From an uncultured Acidobacteriota bacterium (lineage in GTDB: Bacteria > Acidobacteriota > Vicinamibacteria > Vicinamibacterales > 2-12-FULL-66-21), in assembly GCA_963810305.1 (NCBI GenBank), contig CAWEMY010000011.1, positions 72,912-136,911 of the forward strand: a stretch of DNA of 64,000 nt, in the 5' to 3' direction. The notes under the pieces are model-generated. The model ran no database searches. It was not told the origin of the DNA and was given only the letters and a program-made list of their open reading frames with translations. The translations under genes were made by a program, and so were the position numbers. This document shows positions 9,288 to 19,809 of this stretch, piece by piece; position 1 is the first letter of the stretch, and each line of letters starts with the position of its first letter.

Positions 9288-10256
9288 TCAGGTGACGTCG
9301 ACGAAGTACGGCACGGCGCGCAAGGCGAATACCATGCAGAGCAGGACGACCGCCGGGACCGCGAAATAGTGGAACACCGGCCGGTTGCGGATATACCGCG
9401 TCTGCACGAGCGACCCTTTCTCCAGCGAATCGATTGACGAGGATGCTGCCTGCAGCTGCGCTGCGGACGTGGCATCGTAATAACGCCCGCCGTACCCCCT
9501 GACGGCATTGGCGAGCTGCACGACGGCAGGACGAGTCTTGGCGACTTCCGTCAGGTCGATGCCGACCATGTGCACGCGCGTCCCCGCTTCATTCGCCTTT
9601 GCCAGGGTCACGAGCGGGTCCTCACCGAAGTTGTGTTCGCCGTCGGTAAAAACCACCATGACCTGGCGACCGGATCCGCGTTCGAGCTTCATGCGCGCGA
9701 GCAGCGCGCTGCCGGTCGATATGCCGTCGCCGATCGCCGTCAGTCCCTCTTCTGCAAGCGTCTTGTCGTCGATCATTCCGACGTAGTCGCGGAGATATTG
9801 ATGATCGAACGTCAGCGGGCTGACCACGTAGGGGTAGTCCGAGAAGACGATCAACCCGATGCGGTCGTCGGGCCGTCGCCCGATGAAGTCGATCAGCGCT
9901 TTCTTCGTCGTTTCCAGGCGGGTGGCGGCGCCGGCCCGGCCGCCCATCAGCTCCTGCATGCTCGATGACAGATCGAGCACGATGGCGATGTCCACGCCTC
10001 GCGAAGTCACCTGGCGTTCAGAATAGGGGACGACCGGCTCGCACAGCGCCAGCGCGATCAACGGTAACACCGCGGCCGCGGCGATCGTCGGCGCCTGCCG
10101 CAGGCGGGAGGCCCGGTACCGATGAGCGTTGAGCAATGAAGTCAGGGGAAAACTGACGAACCGTGGCCGCCGCAACATCCGCCACACGACGATCAACGCC
10201 AGCGCCGCGGGGATGGCCCAGAGATACGCCGGGTGCTGCAGGACGAACGTCTTCAT
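9288..10256 (-). CDS. VWA domain-containing membrane protein (BatA-like)
   Basis: N-terminal TM helices, then the MIDAS-type motif DIAIVLDLSSSM. Last gene of the MoxR/DUF58 operon. Confidence 0.8.
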   Translation of the reverse strand: MKTFVLQHPAYLWAIPAALALIVVWRMLRRPRFVSFPLTSLLNAHRYRASRLRQAPTIAAAAVLPLIALALCEPVVPYSERQVTSRGVDIAIVLDLSSSMQELMGGRAGAATRLETTKKALIDFIGRRPDDRIGLIVFSDYPYVVSPLTFDHQYLRDYVGMIDDKTLAEEGLTAIGDGISTGSALLARMKLERGSGRQVMVVFTDGEHNFGEDPLVTLAKANEAGTRVHMVGIDLTEVAKTRPAVVQLANAVRGYGGRYYDATSAAQLQAASSSIDSLEKGSLVQTRYIRNRPVFHYFAVPAVVLLCMVFALRAVPYFVDVT

Positions 10257-11240
10257 CGCGCATCAGCGCCCAGGGAGTTTTCCGCCTCGAGCAACACCGT
10301 CTGCCAGTCATCCGCCGAAGGATTCTCGGGCGCATATTTCGCCCGTTCGCATTGCTGCAGGACGTGCTGAACGTGCTCCAGCTTCATCGGACGGCGTTTG
10401 TGGGTCGCGACGGCGCCGATCTCCGCCGGCGTCAGCGCCAGCGCAGGGACGCCGGTGGCCTGCTGCAGGTTGGTCCGCACCCAGGTATCGAGTTGCGCGT
10501 ACGCTCCGCGCAGCGAGTCCGGTGAGCTGACGTCCAGGGCCTTGATTTCCCGCAACGCCGCGAGCCGCTGTCGCCGCGACTGGCGTCTGGGCCCGCCGGC
10601 CGTCCGGCGCCGGGCGCGAAGCACCAGGTTGGCCACCCACAGAACGACCGGCACGACCGACAGCGCGACGAGACCGAATCCGACGGGCCGCGCCCATTGG
10701 ACCCATCGCGGGAGCGGATACACGCTGCGATCGTCCCGCAGTGCCGCGGTCACACCCTCAGGGATGGTGCTGCGCAATGAGAGTGCGAGCGGTGGCACTT
10801 TCACTTCGCCGGCCGGGACGACGTCTTCCGCTTTTTTTCCGGCTTGCTGCATGAAGTAGCGCACGGGAATCGCGCCAATCCCCAATGACGCCGCGTCGGG
10901 TTCGTAGGCGACCACCCGGTAGCGCATCCGGTGGATCACCCGGTCGGGGACGGACGCGTCTCGCTCGACTTCTGCGCCCAGCAGCTCGAGGCCCGTCAGT
11001 GGCAGCCGTTCCGCCGCCAGGTCGTCCGCCAGGATGTCCACCTTCGGCGCACAGGTCAGTTCGACGGTGTAGGTGATCGGGTCGCCGACCCACACGGCGG
11101 TTCGGGTCACAGTGGTACTGATCTGAACCGGCGCCGGCGGCGCCGCGGCAGCGCCGCTCGGAGGCTTCGCCGTACTTCTGCGCGCCCACCGTGGCGGTGA
11201 GCATGCACAACAGCGGGTATACCAGCCTTCTCACCTTCAT
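10253..11240 (-). CDS. BatD/DUF4381-like membrane protein, leader one frame off
   Basis: ORF 10253..11110 (TAVWVGDPITYTVELTC.., central TM helix, C-terminal LTPAEI.. segment). Signal peptide MKVRRLVYPLLCMLTATVGAQ starts at ATG 11240 in another frame. The main frame is open upstream to 11238 but has no start codon there. Confidence 0.55.
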
Positions 11241-12118
11241 CCTAGTCTCCTTCGGGCGAACAGATTGAGCAGCGGTTCCATCACCACTTCATCGGTTCGG
11301 ACGAACAGGTAATCGATTGGAATCCGATAGCAGGCGTCGACGATGGTTCGGCGACGCTCCGCCACGGCTTCCGTGTATGCCTCCCGGGTCGCCGAACTGA
11401 GGCCGACCCGCAGGCTGCGGCCGTTTTCGGGATCCCGCATCCGCACCGCGCCATGGCCACGTGGCAGCGCGACCTCGGCGGGATCTTCCGGAACGATTGC
11501 GATCACATCGTGCCGCGAGGCGAGCATCCGGAGCTCGGCGCTGCCGAAGACGTCCTCCTCGGTGATGAAGTCCGACACCAGACACACGACGCTCATGGTC
11601 CGCAGACTCCTCACGAGATGCCCGATCGCGGGAACGACCGCCGTGTGCGTCCCGGTCTCCTTGATCGACCACAGCTCCTCGAGCAGCTGCCACCCGCGGG
11701 CGCCGGCGCGCCGGGGAGCCGACCAGTGGAGAAGCCGGTCCGAAAAGGCGAGAAATCCAAGATTGATTTGATCGCTCGATGCCGAGAAGAGGATCGAAGC
11801 GGCGATGAAAGTCATCGCCTCCTTCTTCGAGTACCTGGTCGATCCGAACGTCATCGACGGCGACATGTCCAGCGCCACCACCACGTTCAACTCGCGCTCG
11901 GCGTGGGTCTGGCGCAGGTAGGGCGCGTTGAGCCTGGCGGTGACGTTCCAGTCGATCCGCCGAACGTCGTCCCGCTCGCGATACGGCCGGTGCTCGTCGA
12001 AATCGAAGCCGGTGCCGCGCAGCGGACTGGTGTACGGACCGATCCGCAGGTTGCGAATCTTCTTTGCGGTGTACACCTCGAGGTACCGCAGCTCGCGCAT
12101 GACGTCGGGAGGGATCAT
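11237..12118 (-). CDS. DUF58 domain-containing protein
   Basis: GTGFDFDEHRPYRERDDVRRIDWNVTARLNAPYLRQ is the DUF58 core. Immediately downstream of the MoxR ATPase. Confidence 0.85.
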   Translation of the reverse strand: MIPPDVMRELRYLEVYTAKKIRNLRIGPYTSPLRGTGFDFDEHRPYRERDDVRRIDWNVTARLNAPYLRQTHAERELNVVVALDMSPSMTFGSTRYSKKEAMTFIAASILFSASSDQINLGFLAFSDRLLHWSAPRRAGARGWQLLEELWSIKETGTHTAVVPAIGHLVRSLRTMSVVCLVSDFITEEDVFGSAELRMLASRHDVIAIVPEDPAEVALPRGHGAVRMRDPENGRSLRVGLSSATREAYTEAVAERRRTIVDACYRIPIDYLFVRTDEVVMEPLLNLFARRRLG

Positions 12119-12130
12119 CGGGGCACCGCG

Positions 12131-13165
12131 TTACGGGATCGGCACCGCCGAGAGCACTTCGCGCAGGAGGGCATCGGGGGGGACGTTCTCCGTCTGAGCC
12201 CTGATGCTGCGCACGATGCGGTGCCGGTTGGCGTCGTAATAGATTTCCTTGACGTCCTGCGGCAGGACGTAGGCGCGGCCGTGGAAGAACGCCGTCACGC
12301 GGACGAGGGCCAGGATGTGCTGGTACGACCGGGGCGAAACGCCGAGGAGAAGCAGCTCCTTCAGGTTCGGCAGGCCGACATCACCCGGATCGCGCGTCGC
12401 GCGTCCGATCCGCACGATGTATTCCCTGACGCGGTCGCTGATGTGGACATGAGCCCGGATCAGGTCGCGCATCTGCGCGACGTCCGAGGGGGAGACCTGG
12501 CGTTCGAGTTCCAGCCGCTGGAAGTTCGCCTGCAGCATGTGCAGCTCGTGCTCGGCTGCGGGATAGTCGACCGACAGCATCATCGAGAAGCGATCGAGCT
12601 GCGCCTCGGGCAGCGGGTAGACCCCCTCGTGTTCGACCGGGTTCTGCGTCGCCAGCACCCAGAATGGATCGTCGAGGCGGAAGGTCGTGTCCGCGAGCGT
12701 GACCTGACGCTCCTGCATCGCTTCGAGCAGACCGCTCTGCGTTTTCGGGGTAGCGCGGTTGATCTCGTCGGCGAGCAGGATGTTGGTGAAGATCGGACCT
12801 TTCTCGATTCTGAATCGCGCCGTGGAGGCGTCGTAGATGCGCGTGCCGACGATGTCGGCGGGCAGCATGTCGGGGGTCAGCTGGATACGCTGGAAGCGCG
12901 CCGAAATGGCGTGCGCCAGTGTCGTGATGGTCAGGGTCTTGGCGACACCGGGAACCCCTTCCAGAAGGACGTGTCCGCACCCGGAGCGGGTTTCGCTGCG
13001 AGTGGCGGCATACGGGATGGCCGCAAACAGGCCCGTCAACAGCCGACGAATCAAGATCGGCTGGCCGACGATGACACGCGCAGTCTCTCGCTCGAGAACC
13101 TGGAGTGTCTCAAAAGCCTCTTCGGGAGTAATCGCTGGTCTGTCGGCGGTCTCGGTCAGGTTCAT
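12131..13165 (-). CDS. MoxR-family AAA+ ATPase
   Basis: Walker A GHVLLEGVPGVAKT, Walker B ILLADEINRA and the VLATQNP motif. Confidence 0.9.
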   Translation of the reverse strand: MNLTETADRPAITPEEAFETLQVLERETARVIVGQPILIRRLLTGLFAAIPYAATRSETRSGCGHVLLEGVPGVAKTLTITTLAHAISARFQRIQLTPDMLPADIVGTRIYDASTARFRIEKGPIFTNILLADEINRATPKTQSGLLEAMQERQVTLADTTFRLDDPFWVLATQNPVEHEGVYPLPEAQLDRFSMMLSVDYPAAEHELHMLQANFQRLELERQVSPSDVAQMRDLIRAHVHISDRVREYIVRIGRATRDPGDVGLPNLKELLLLGVSPRSYQHILALVRVTAFFHGRAYVLPQDVKEIYYDANRHRIVRSIRAQTENVPPDALLREVLSAVPIP

Positions 13166-14157
13166 AGTAGGGCTACCAACGCCGCGGCGGCGATCCCGGC
13201 GGCCGCGAGCAGATACACATATACGTCGCGATACTCCGTGGTCGTGCGCCAGCCGGTCTGAACCCGATTGGCGTTGGCGATCTCCTCGAACGCGGCGCGC
13301 AGTTCGCTGCCTGTCGCCGAGCGGATGTATTGGCCGCCGGTGGCGGCGGCAACCGCCCGGAGTGACGATTCGTTGAATCGCGTCGTCATCGTCCGGCCCC
13401 CCTCGTCCTTGAGCAGGGATTCGCGTTCGCCGGGGAAAGTCACCGGGATCACCGACTGCTGTGCCGAGCCGATGCCGATGGTGTGGACGCGCAGGCGCTT
13501 GGTTCTCACTGCCGTGAGGGCCTGGTCGAGCGTACTGCCCTGATCTTCACCGTCCGAGATGATGAGCAGCAGTTTACGGGTCGTCTGCTTGTCCTTGCGT
13601 ACTACTTCCAGCGCACTTGTGAGCGCGGCGCCGATATCCGTGCCGTAGAGGACGGCTGGGTCATCACGGATCCAGTCGAGATAAAAGAGAATGCTGTCGA
13701 CGTCGCTGGTGAGATACGACAGCACGAGCGGCGTGCCGGCGAAACCGACCAGTCCGACGCGATCGATGGCTTCGGGCTTCCGCCGGAGGAAGTTCTCGAT
13801 TTCCGTGAGCGCACGCTCGGCACGCGACGGGCGAACGTCACGCGCCTGCATCGACACGGAGCGGTCGAGAATGAGAATCAGATCCTGACGCTCGAACTCC
13901 GCCGTGCGGCGCTCGAGCAGGACCTGCGGCCGCATCAACGTCAGCGCGAGAAGAGCCGCCGCTGATGAGGCGAGGACCAGGACGACGGCATCGCGGCGCC
14001 ACGTGCTGCGGCGGGAGAGCCCGCGGAATCGAGGCTGCACCTTCGTCCGCTGGCGAGCGTTCCAGCGGTAAAGAAAATGCGCCAGCCAGAGGGCAACCAC
14101 CACCGGGACGGCCGCCAGCCACTCCGCCATTTCCGGCTGCTCGAACTGCACCATCAT
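13162..14157 (-). CDS. VWA domain-containing membrane protein (BatB-like)
   Basis: TM helices then DLILILDRSVSM MIDAS motif. 4-nt overlaps with both neighbouring genes. Confidence 0.8.
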   Translation of the reverse strand: MMVQFEQPEMAEWLAAVPVVVALWLAHFLYRWNARQRTKVQPRFRGLSRRSTWRRDAVVLVLASSAAALLALTLMRPQVLLERRTAEFERQDLILILDRSVSMQARDVRPSRAERALTEIENFLRRKPEAIDRVGLVGFAGTPLVLSYLTSDVDSILFYLDWIRDDPAVLYGTDIGAALTSALEVVRKDKQTTRKLLLIISDGEDQGSTLDQALTAVRTKRLRVHTIGIGSAQQSVIPVTFPGERESLLKDEGGRTMTTRFNESSLRAVAAATGGQYIRSATGSELRAAFEEIANANRVQTGWRTTTEYRDVYVYLLAAAGIAAAALVALL

Positions 14158-14750
14158 CCAGTCTTCTTCACGGGTTCGCGCATCGGCCCCTCCTTGGAGG
14201 GTCGAAGCAGCTGTATGAGCGACGGCGGCACCTGTTTGGGCTTGCTGCGCAGGGCCGAGACCAGGCGGGCGGACAGCTCGTAGTTGTATTTCGTATCCCA
14301 GTCATCGGGATCGGCAGCGAGCGCCATCTTGAACGTGTCCTTGGCGCGATTGAGCCATGCCAGCCGTTCTTCCGCCTTCTGTTCCAGTTCCCCTTTCGCA
14401 AAGAGCGCACACCCCGCCCAGAAATGGGGCGAAGCCGCTGGCGGTGCCGTATCGGCGGCCTCGAGGACTGCGTCGTAGTCTCCCTTCTTGTAGAGCAGCG
14501 CGAGCTGGTTGTGGGTGGATCGCGCGTAGTCGCGCGCCAGGATCTGCTGGGTGATCGGCATCTCCGCGAAGCGCGCCGTGCTGCCCTGATATACCTGCAG
14601 GGCACGGGCGGAGTCGCCCGCCGCCGTAGCGGAGGCGGCCTCGATGAACGGCTCCGTCCAGCGGGCGTAGAGGAGGAGAGCCACGCCGGCGATCAACGCC
14701 AGAACCGCGATCACGACGATGAATGAACGCACACGAGGAAGCATCATCAC
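14154..14750 (-). CDS. TPR-repeat membrane-anchored protein (BatC-like)
   Basis: N-terminal TM helix, then TPR-like helices (ALQVYQG.., LALLYKKGDYDAVLEAA.., WAGCALFAKGE..). First gene of the operon. Confidence 0.65.
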   Translation of the reverse strand: MMMLPRVRSFIVVIAVLALIAGVALLLYARWTEPFIEAASATAAGDSARALQVYQGSTARFAEMPITQQILARDYARSTHNQLALLYKKGDYDAVLEAADTAPPAASPHFWAGCALFAKGELEQKAEERLAWLNRAKDTFKMALAADPDDWDTKYNYELSARLVSALRSKPKQVPPSLIQLLRPSKEGPMREPVKKTG

Positions 14751-14772
14751 ACCTGCAAATCAGGAAGCATTC

Positions 14773-17700
14773 TCAGCCGAGCGACTCCGGCGTCGGCCGA
14801 CGCAGTAATTTGGTCCATCGCGCCGCCACCGCGCCGATCCTCGCCCCCTGCAGCCGCGTCCGTGCGTCCTCGACCAGCGAGTAGGCGACCGGCACCAGCA
14901 GCAGGGTGAGAAACAGACAGAGCGTTTGACCACCGATGATGGTCACGGCGATGTCGCCGCGCTGCCGCGCCCCGGCACCGGCGCCGAAGGCGGTCGGGAT
15001 CAATCCCGCGATAATCGCGGTGGTGGTCATCAGGATAGGCCGCAGCCGCGTGCGCGAGGCCTCCAGCAGCGCGGCATCGAGCGGCATGCCGCGCTTCCGC
15101 AGCACGTTGGTGTAGTCGACCTGCAGGATCGAGTTCTTCTTCACGATCCCCAGCAGGAGAAGAATGCCGAGCGTGCTCCACAGGTTGAGCGCGCGCCCCG
15201 TCATCGCCAGCGTCAGCAGCGCAAACGGGACCGACAGCGGCAGCGCGGTCATGATGATGAGCGGCTGCACGAAGCTCTCGAACTGCGCCACCAGGACCAT
15301 GTAGACGAAGATACTGGCAAGAGCGATCGCCAGCATCATGTTGGCGGCGGTCTCGTCCAGGACCTGCGCCTGCCCGGCAAATCGACTCCGGTAATCAGCC
15401 GGCAGCTCGAGCGCGCGAACTTCGGTCTGGACCTTCGGCAGCGTCGCGTCGAGCGCATTCCCTGGGCGGAGATCAGCCGACACACCCACCGAAAACTGGC
15501 GATCGAGGCGCGTAATCGAGGTCGGCCCCTCACCGCGCTCGAGCCTGGCGACGTTGTCGATGCGAACCAGTGCTCCGCTGTGTGAGGCGACCATCAGTCC
15601 GCCGACCGCGCTGACGTCGTTGCGCTGATCCTCACGGACGCGCATCTTGACGGGGTAGCGTTCACCGCCCTCGCGGTAACTGGTGATCTCATCTTCGCCG
15701 CTCACCATCAGGCGCAGAGAGCCGGCCAGCTCGGCCACCCGGACACCAAGGTCGGCAGCTCGCTGTCGGTCCACGGCGACGCGAATTTCCGGGTTGCCGA
15801 GATTGACCCGGGCCTTGATGTCGATCAGCTCCGGCAGCGCGTGCAGCCGCTCGTTCAGTTGGACGGCATAGCCGCTGAGCCTGACCAGATCGGGCCCGTA
15901 GAGATTGACCAGCACCGGCCAGTTCGTGCTCTCACCACCGCCGATGGCGGATCTGAACAGCACGGTCGGGCGGTAGGTCTGATACGCGGACATGGCCTCG
16001 CGCGCGACCATCGCGATCTCTTCCTGGCTCTGCGAACGCTCCTCGATCGGCTGCAGCTTCACGATGACATGCGAGTGGTTGACCCGCTCCAGGATCGTCG
16101 GCATGACATTGGCGACGCCAGGGACGTCCTTGAGCTTGGCGCCCATCTCCAGGACGAGCTTTTCCATTCCGGCAAGCGACGTCCCCTCCGGAGCATCGAG
16201 GGTGATCTCGAATTCCCCCTGATCTTCGTTCGGCAGGAACGAGCGGCCCACCAGTTGCGCGAGCGGAACGGTGGCGGCGAAGGTCAGGATGCTGATCGCC
16301 ACGACAGCGGCGCGATGGTCGAGCGCCCATCGCAGGCTCCGGGTGTAGCCCCGCTCGATCCATCGATAGATCCGCTGCCCGTTTTCCGTGTGCCGTCCCG
16401 CGGCCGGCCGGAGCATTCGGGCGGCGAGCATCGGTGTCAGGGTGAGGCTCACGAGCAGCGAAACCATGATCGCGAACGCCATGGTCATGCCGAACGGATA
16501 AATGAACCGCTGGGCGTAACCGGTCATGAACGCAACCGGCATGAAGATCACCACGAGCGAGAGTGACGTTGCCGCCACCGCGAGCAGAACTTCGCCGGTG
16601 CCCTCGACCGCGGCGCGGAATGGCGGGAGCCCTTCCTGCTCGATCTTCCGGAAGATATTCTCGAGCACCACAATTGCGTCGTCGATGACGATCCCGACGG
16701 CGAGCGTGAGACCGAGCAGCGTCATGGTGTTCAGCGTGAAATCCATGACCCGCATGAGCGTGAACGTCGCGATCAACGACGCGGGGATGGCCAGCGCGCT
16801 GATGATCATGGCTGGCACATTGCGGATGAATGCCAGGACGACGAGGCTCGCCAGCAGGCTGCCGAGTATCAAATGCTCTTCCAGCGAGGCAATCGATGCG
16901 TAGATGAATGACGATTCGTCGCGGGTGTAGACCAGCTTCAGGTCCGGGGGTAACCCCGCCCGGATCCCGTTCAACGCCTGCTTGATCTCCTTGATGACCG
17001 CGATGGTGTTCTGGCCCGATTGCCGTCGGACGTCGATAACCACCGCTCGTTCGCCATCGAGAAACGCCGCCGACCGGGCTTCTTCCTGCGTATCGCTGAC
17101 TTCGGCGACGTCCGATACGCGGATCGGCGTCCCGCCTTGAGTGGCGACCACGATCCTGCCGAACTCCTCGACGCGCTCGAGACGTCCCGGCGTTCGCAGC
17201 ATCACTTCGGCGTCGCCCTGATCGATACGTCCGCCGGGGATTTCGACGTTCTCGGCTGCGAGCGCCGCGCGGACCTGGCCGGCGCTCAACCCGTGGGCGG
17301 AGAGCTTCTCGATATCGAGCGTGACGTGGATCTCGCGAGCCCGGCCGCCCGCAACCGTCACTTCGCCGACACCGTTGACCGCTTCGAGGGCGCGGCGGAT
17401 GCTCTTGTCGGAGATCTCCGAGAGCGTGCGCAGATCGTACGGCCCGCCGACCGCGATCGTGAAGATCGGTTGTGATTCGGGATCTGTTTTCGCGATGACC
17501 GGGGGATGAACCTGAGGTGGCAGGTTGCCGAGCGCTCCGGCGACCTTTTCCCGAACATCCTGCGCCGCTTCGTTGATGTCCCGCTCGAGGACGAACCGGA
17601 TGGTGATCCGTGCCGAGCCAACGGTCAGCCGCGACTGGATCTGATCGATGCCAGCGATACCGCTCAGCGCCTGCTCCAGCGGCTCGGCCACCGCGGAGCT

Positions 17701-17878
17701 CATTTCGTCCGGGCTCGCACCCGGCAGCGCCACCGCCACGGTGACTGTCGCCGGGTCCGCCTTCGGCAGCAGGTCGACGCTGAGATCGCGGAAGGAGAAC
17801 AGGCCCGTCACGACCAGTGACATCACCAGCACGGTCGTGAATGCCGGACGGCGTACACGAAAAATCGGCCAGACTCAT
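14773..17878 (-). CDS. RND efflux transporter permease (AcrB/CusA superfamily)
   Basis: ORF 14773..17832 with 12-TM RND architecture. The conserved N-terminus RVRRPAFTTVLVMSLVV continues upstream without a start codon. ATG 17878 (MSLADF) is one frame off across an A5 run at 17860-17864. Confidence 0.85.
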
Positions 17879-19104
17879 CGGCCGGCTTCCCCTGGATCGC
17901 GTTTGCCGGAGGCGGCTCGTGGCGCAACGGTCTGCCCTGCGGTCAAGCCCTCGACACCGTCAGCCACGATGACGGTGCCGGCGGTGATGCCCTCGAGGAT
18001 TTCCACGCGCTGGCCGAGGCGGTCCCCTAATTTCACTTCGGCCGCCGCCAGTGTCCCGTCACGGACGACGAACACGACGGTACGGCCGTAACGGGTCTGC
18101 AGTGCGGTGACCGGCACGGCGACGGTCTTGTCGACCTGGTCGGTCACGAGCCGGACGCGCGCAAACGTGCCTGGCTTCAGGGCGCCGTCAAGATTGGGGA
18201 CCGCGGCCTCAATGGCGAATGCCCGCGATCGCTGATCGACGTCCGGGCTGATGCGAGTGACACGCCCCTCGACCGGACGATCGGGGTAGGCATCGACGCG
18301 GACGCCGATGGTTTGACCGACGCGAATGGCCGGCGCGAACCGCTCGGGGATCTGCGCCGTCAGCCGCAGCGGATGCAGACGGACGATACGCATCACCGGC
18401 GTCTGGACGCGGACGAACTGGCCGGCCGAGACGAGCCGTTCGGCGACCACCCCCTCGAAGGGTGCGCGGATGACGGTGTCCTGAAGCTCCCGGCTGGCGC
18501 CCTTGAGCGCCGCGCTGCGGGCGCTGACTTCTGCCAGGAGGTTCCGGGCGGAGGCGAGCGCGGCATCGTAGGCCGCTTTGGCCGTCTGGAGCTGGGTTTC
18601 GGCGCGTTCCAGGTCCTGGGCCGGCAGGAGGTTTCTGGCGGCGAGTTGCCGAGACCGTGCCACCGCTTGTTCTGCTTCCGTGCGGCGGGCGATCGCGCTG
18701 ATCACCTCCGGCGTCTGCTCTGGCGCCGGCAGTTCTTCTCCGCGTGCGCCAAGCCGGGCTCGCGTCTGGTTCAGGGCCGCACGCTGCTCGTCGGCTCGGT
18801 ATTGCAGTTTTTCAGCGTCCAGAATGACCAGCGGGGCGCCTTTGGCGACGCGATCGCCCATGTCCGCCGCCAGCCGCGCCACGCGCGCTTCGACCTCCGC
18901 GCTGACGATCGCCTCGTCGTGAGCCGCCAGGGTTCCCACCGCCTCGACGTCGCGCCGGACTTCCACCAGACTCACCTGAAGCACGTTGACCGGCAGCGCG
19001 GCGGCGCCGTTCTCGGTCCGGCCCTTTGCCGCGCCGCCGCAGCCACCGACCGCGAGGATCGCGGTCAGAGTCAGCCACCGGCATGAAGTGGACCAGTCCG
19101 TCAC
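17875..19104 (-). CDS. RND efflux periplasmic adaptor (membrane fusion protein, HlyD family)
   Basis: Lipoprotein-like leader ..LAVGGCGG, a coiled-coil hairpin region and beta-barrel domains. 4-nt overlap with the RND permease. Confidence 0.85.
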   Translation of the reverse strand: MTDWSTSCRWLTLTAILAVGGCGGAAKGRTENGAAALPVNVLQVSLVEVRRDVEAVGTLAAHDEAIVSAEVEARVARLAADMGDRVAKGAPLVILDAEKLQYRADEQRAALNQTRARLGARGEELPAPEQTPEVISAIARRTEAEQAVARSRQLAARNLLPAQDLERAETQLQTAKAAYDAALASARNLLAEVSARSAALKGASRELQDTVIRAPFEGVVAERLVSAGQFVRVQTPVMRIVRLHPLRLTAQIPERFAPAIRVGQTIGVRVDAYPDRPVEGRVTRISPDVDQRSRAFAIEAAVPNLDGALKPGTFARVRLVTDQVDKTVAVPVTALQTRYGRTVVFVVRDGTLAAAEVKLGDRLGQRVEILEGITAGTVIVADGVEGLTAGQTVAPRAASGKRDPGEAGR

Positions 19105-19767
19105 CTATTTTTCCGCCGTCTTTCCGTAGATCACGAACCACTTGTCTTCGAACATCGAGATCTCTTCGATCTTACGCAGGCCGGCCGCTTTCATCCAGGT
19201 GTCCAGCTCTTCTCTCGTGACCTGCAGTTCCTTCTGGTCGCGGTGCGACGCCTCCGGTTTGGTGGCATCGAGCTCGATGACCGCGATGCGCCCGGACGGT
19301 TTCACGTAGGACGCCACTTTCTGCAGGTATGCCGGCCGCTTGTCGACGTGGTGCAGCACATCGTGAAAGAACGCCAGGTCCACCTTTTCGGGGATCATCG
19401 GATCCTCGAATTTGCCCAGGACCGGGTGAACGTTGGTGAGCTGCTGTGCGGTGGTGCGCTGCTGCAGATGATCGATGAAGCGCTGATCGACTTCGACCGC
19501 GTAGACCTTGCCTGGTGCGACTGCCCGGGCAAGCGGCCAGGAAAAGACGCCCGCGCCGGCGCCGATATCCGCGACCACCAGACCCGGCTTGAGGCCAAGC
19601 TTCGAGATGATCTCGTCGACCTTCAAGCCGGCGACGCGCTCCGGCCGTTCAAGTCTCGCGATCCAGTCCTCGGCGGGCCGCCCGCCGAGCTGCGGGCCGG
19701 CGGCCAGCGAAACCAGCGCAAGCCCCAGAATGGCTACAGTCATCGACACGATCAGGCGTTTCATCAT
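19105..19767 (-). CDS. Class I SAM-dependent methyltransferase with signal peptide
   Basis: MMKRLIVSMTVAILGLALVSLAAG leader. SAM motif I VVADIGAGAGVFS. Abuts the adaptor gene start (19104/19105). Confidence 0.7.
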   Translation of the reverse strand: MMKRLIVSMTVAILGLALVSLAAGPQLGGRPAEDWIARLERPERVAGLKVDEIISKLGLKPGLVVADIGAGAGVFSWPLARAVAPGKVYAVEVDQRFIDHLQQRTTAQQLTNVHPVLGKFEDPMIPEKVDLAFFHDVLHHVDKRPAYLQKVASYVKPSGRIAVIELDATKPEASHRDQKELQVTREELDTWMKAAGLRKIEEISMFEDKWFVIYGKTAEK

Positions 19768-19809
19768 TCGATCCTTGGTCTTTGGTCTGCCGAGTATCGC
19801 CGCGATCCC

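Noticed and set aside
9061-9369. ORF 9061..9369+ (102 aa) in the gap between the Big_2 gene and the BatA-like gene
   Set aside because: No motif, no RBS, overlaps the BatA-like 3' end, and its composition is not protein-like. Treated as non-coding.
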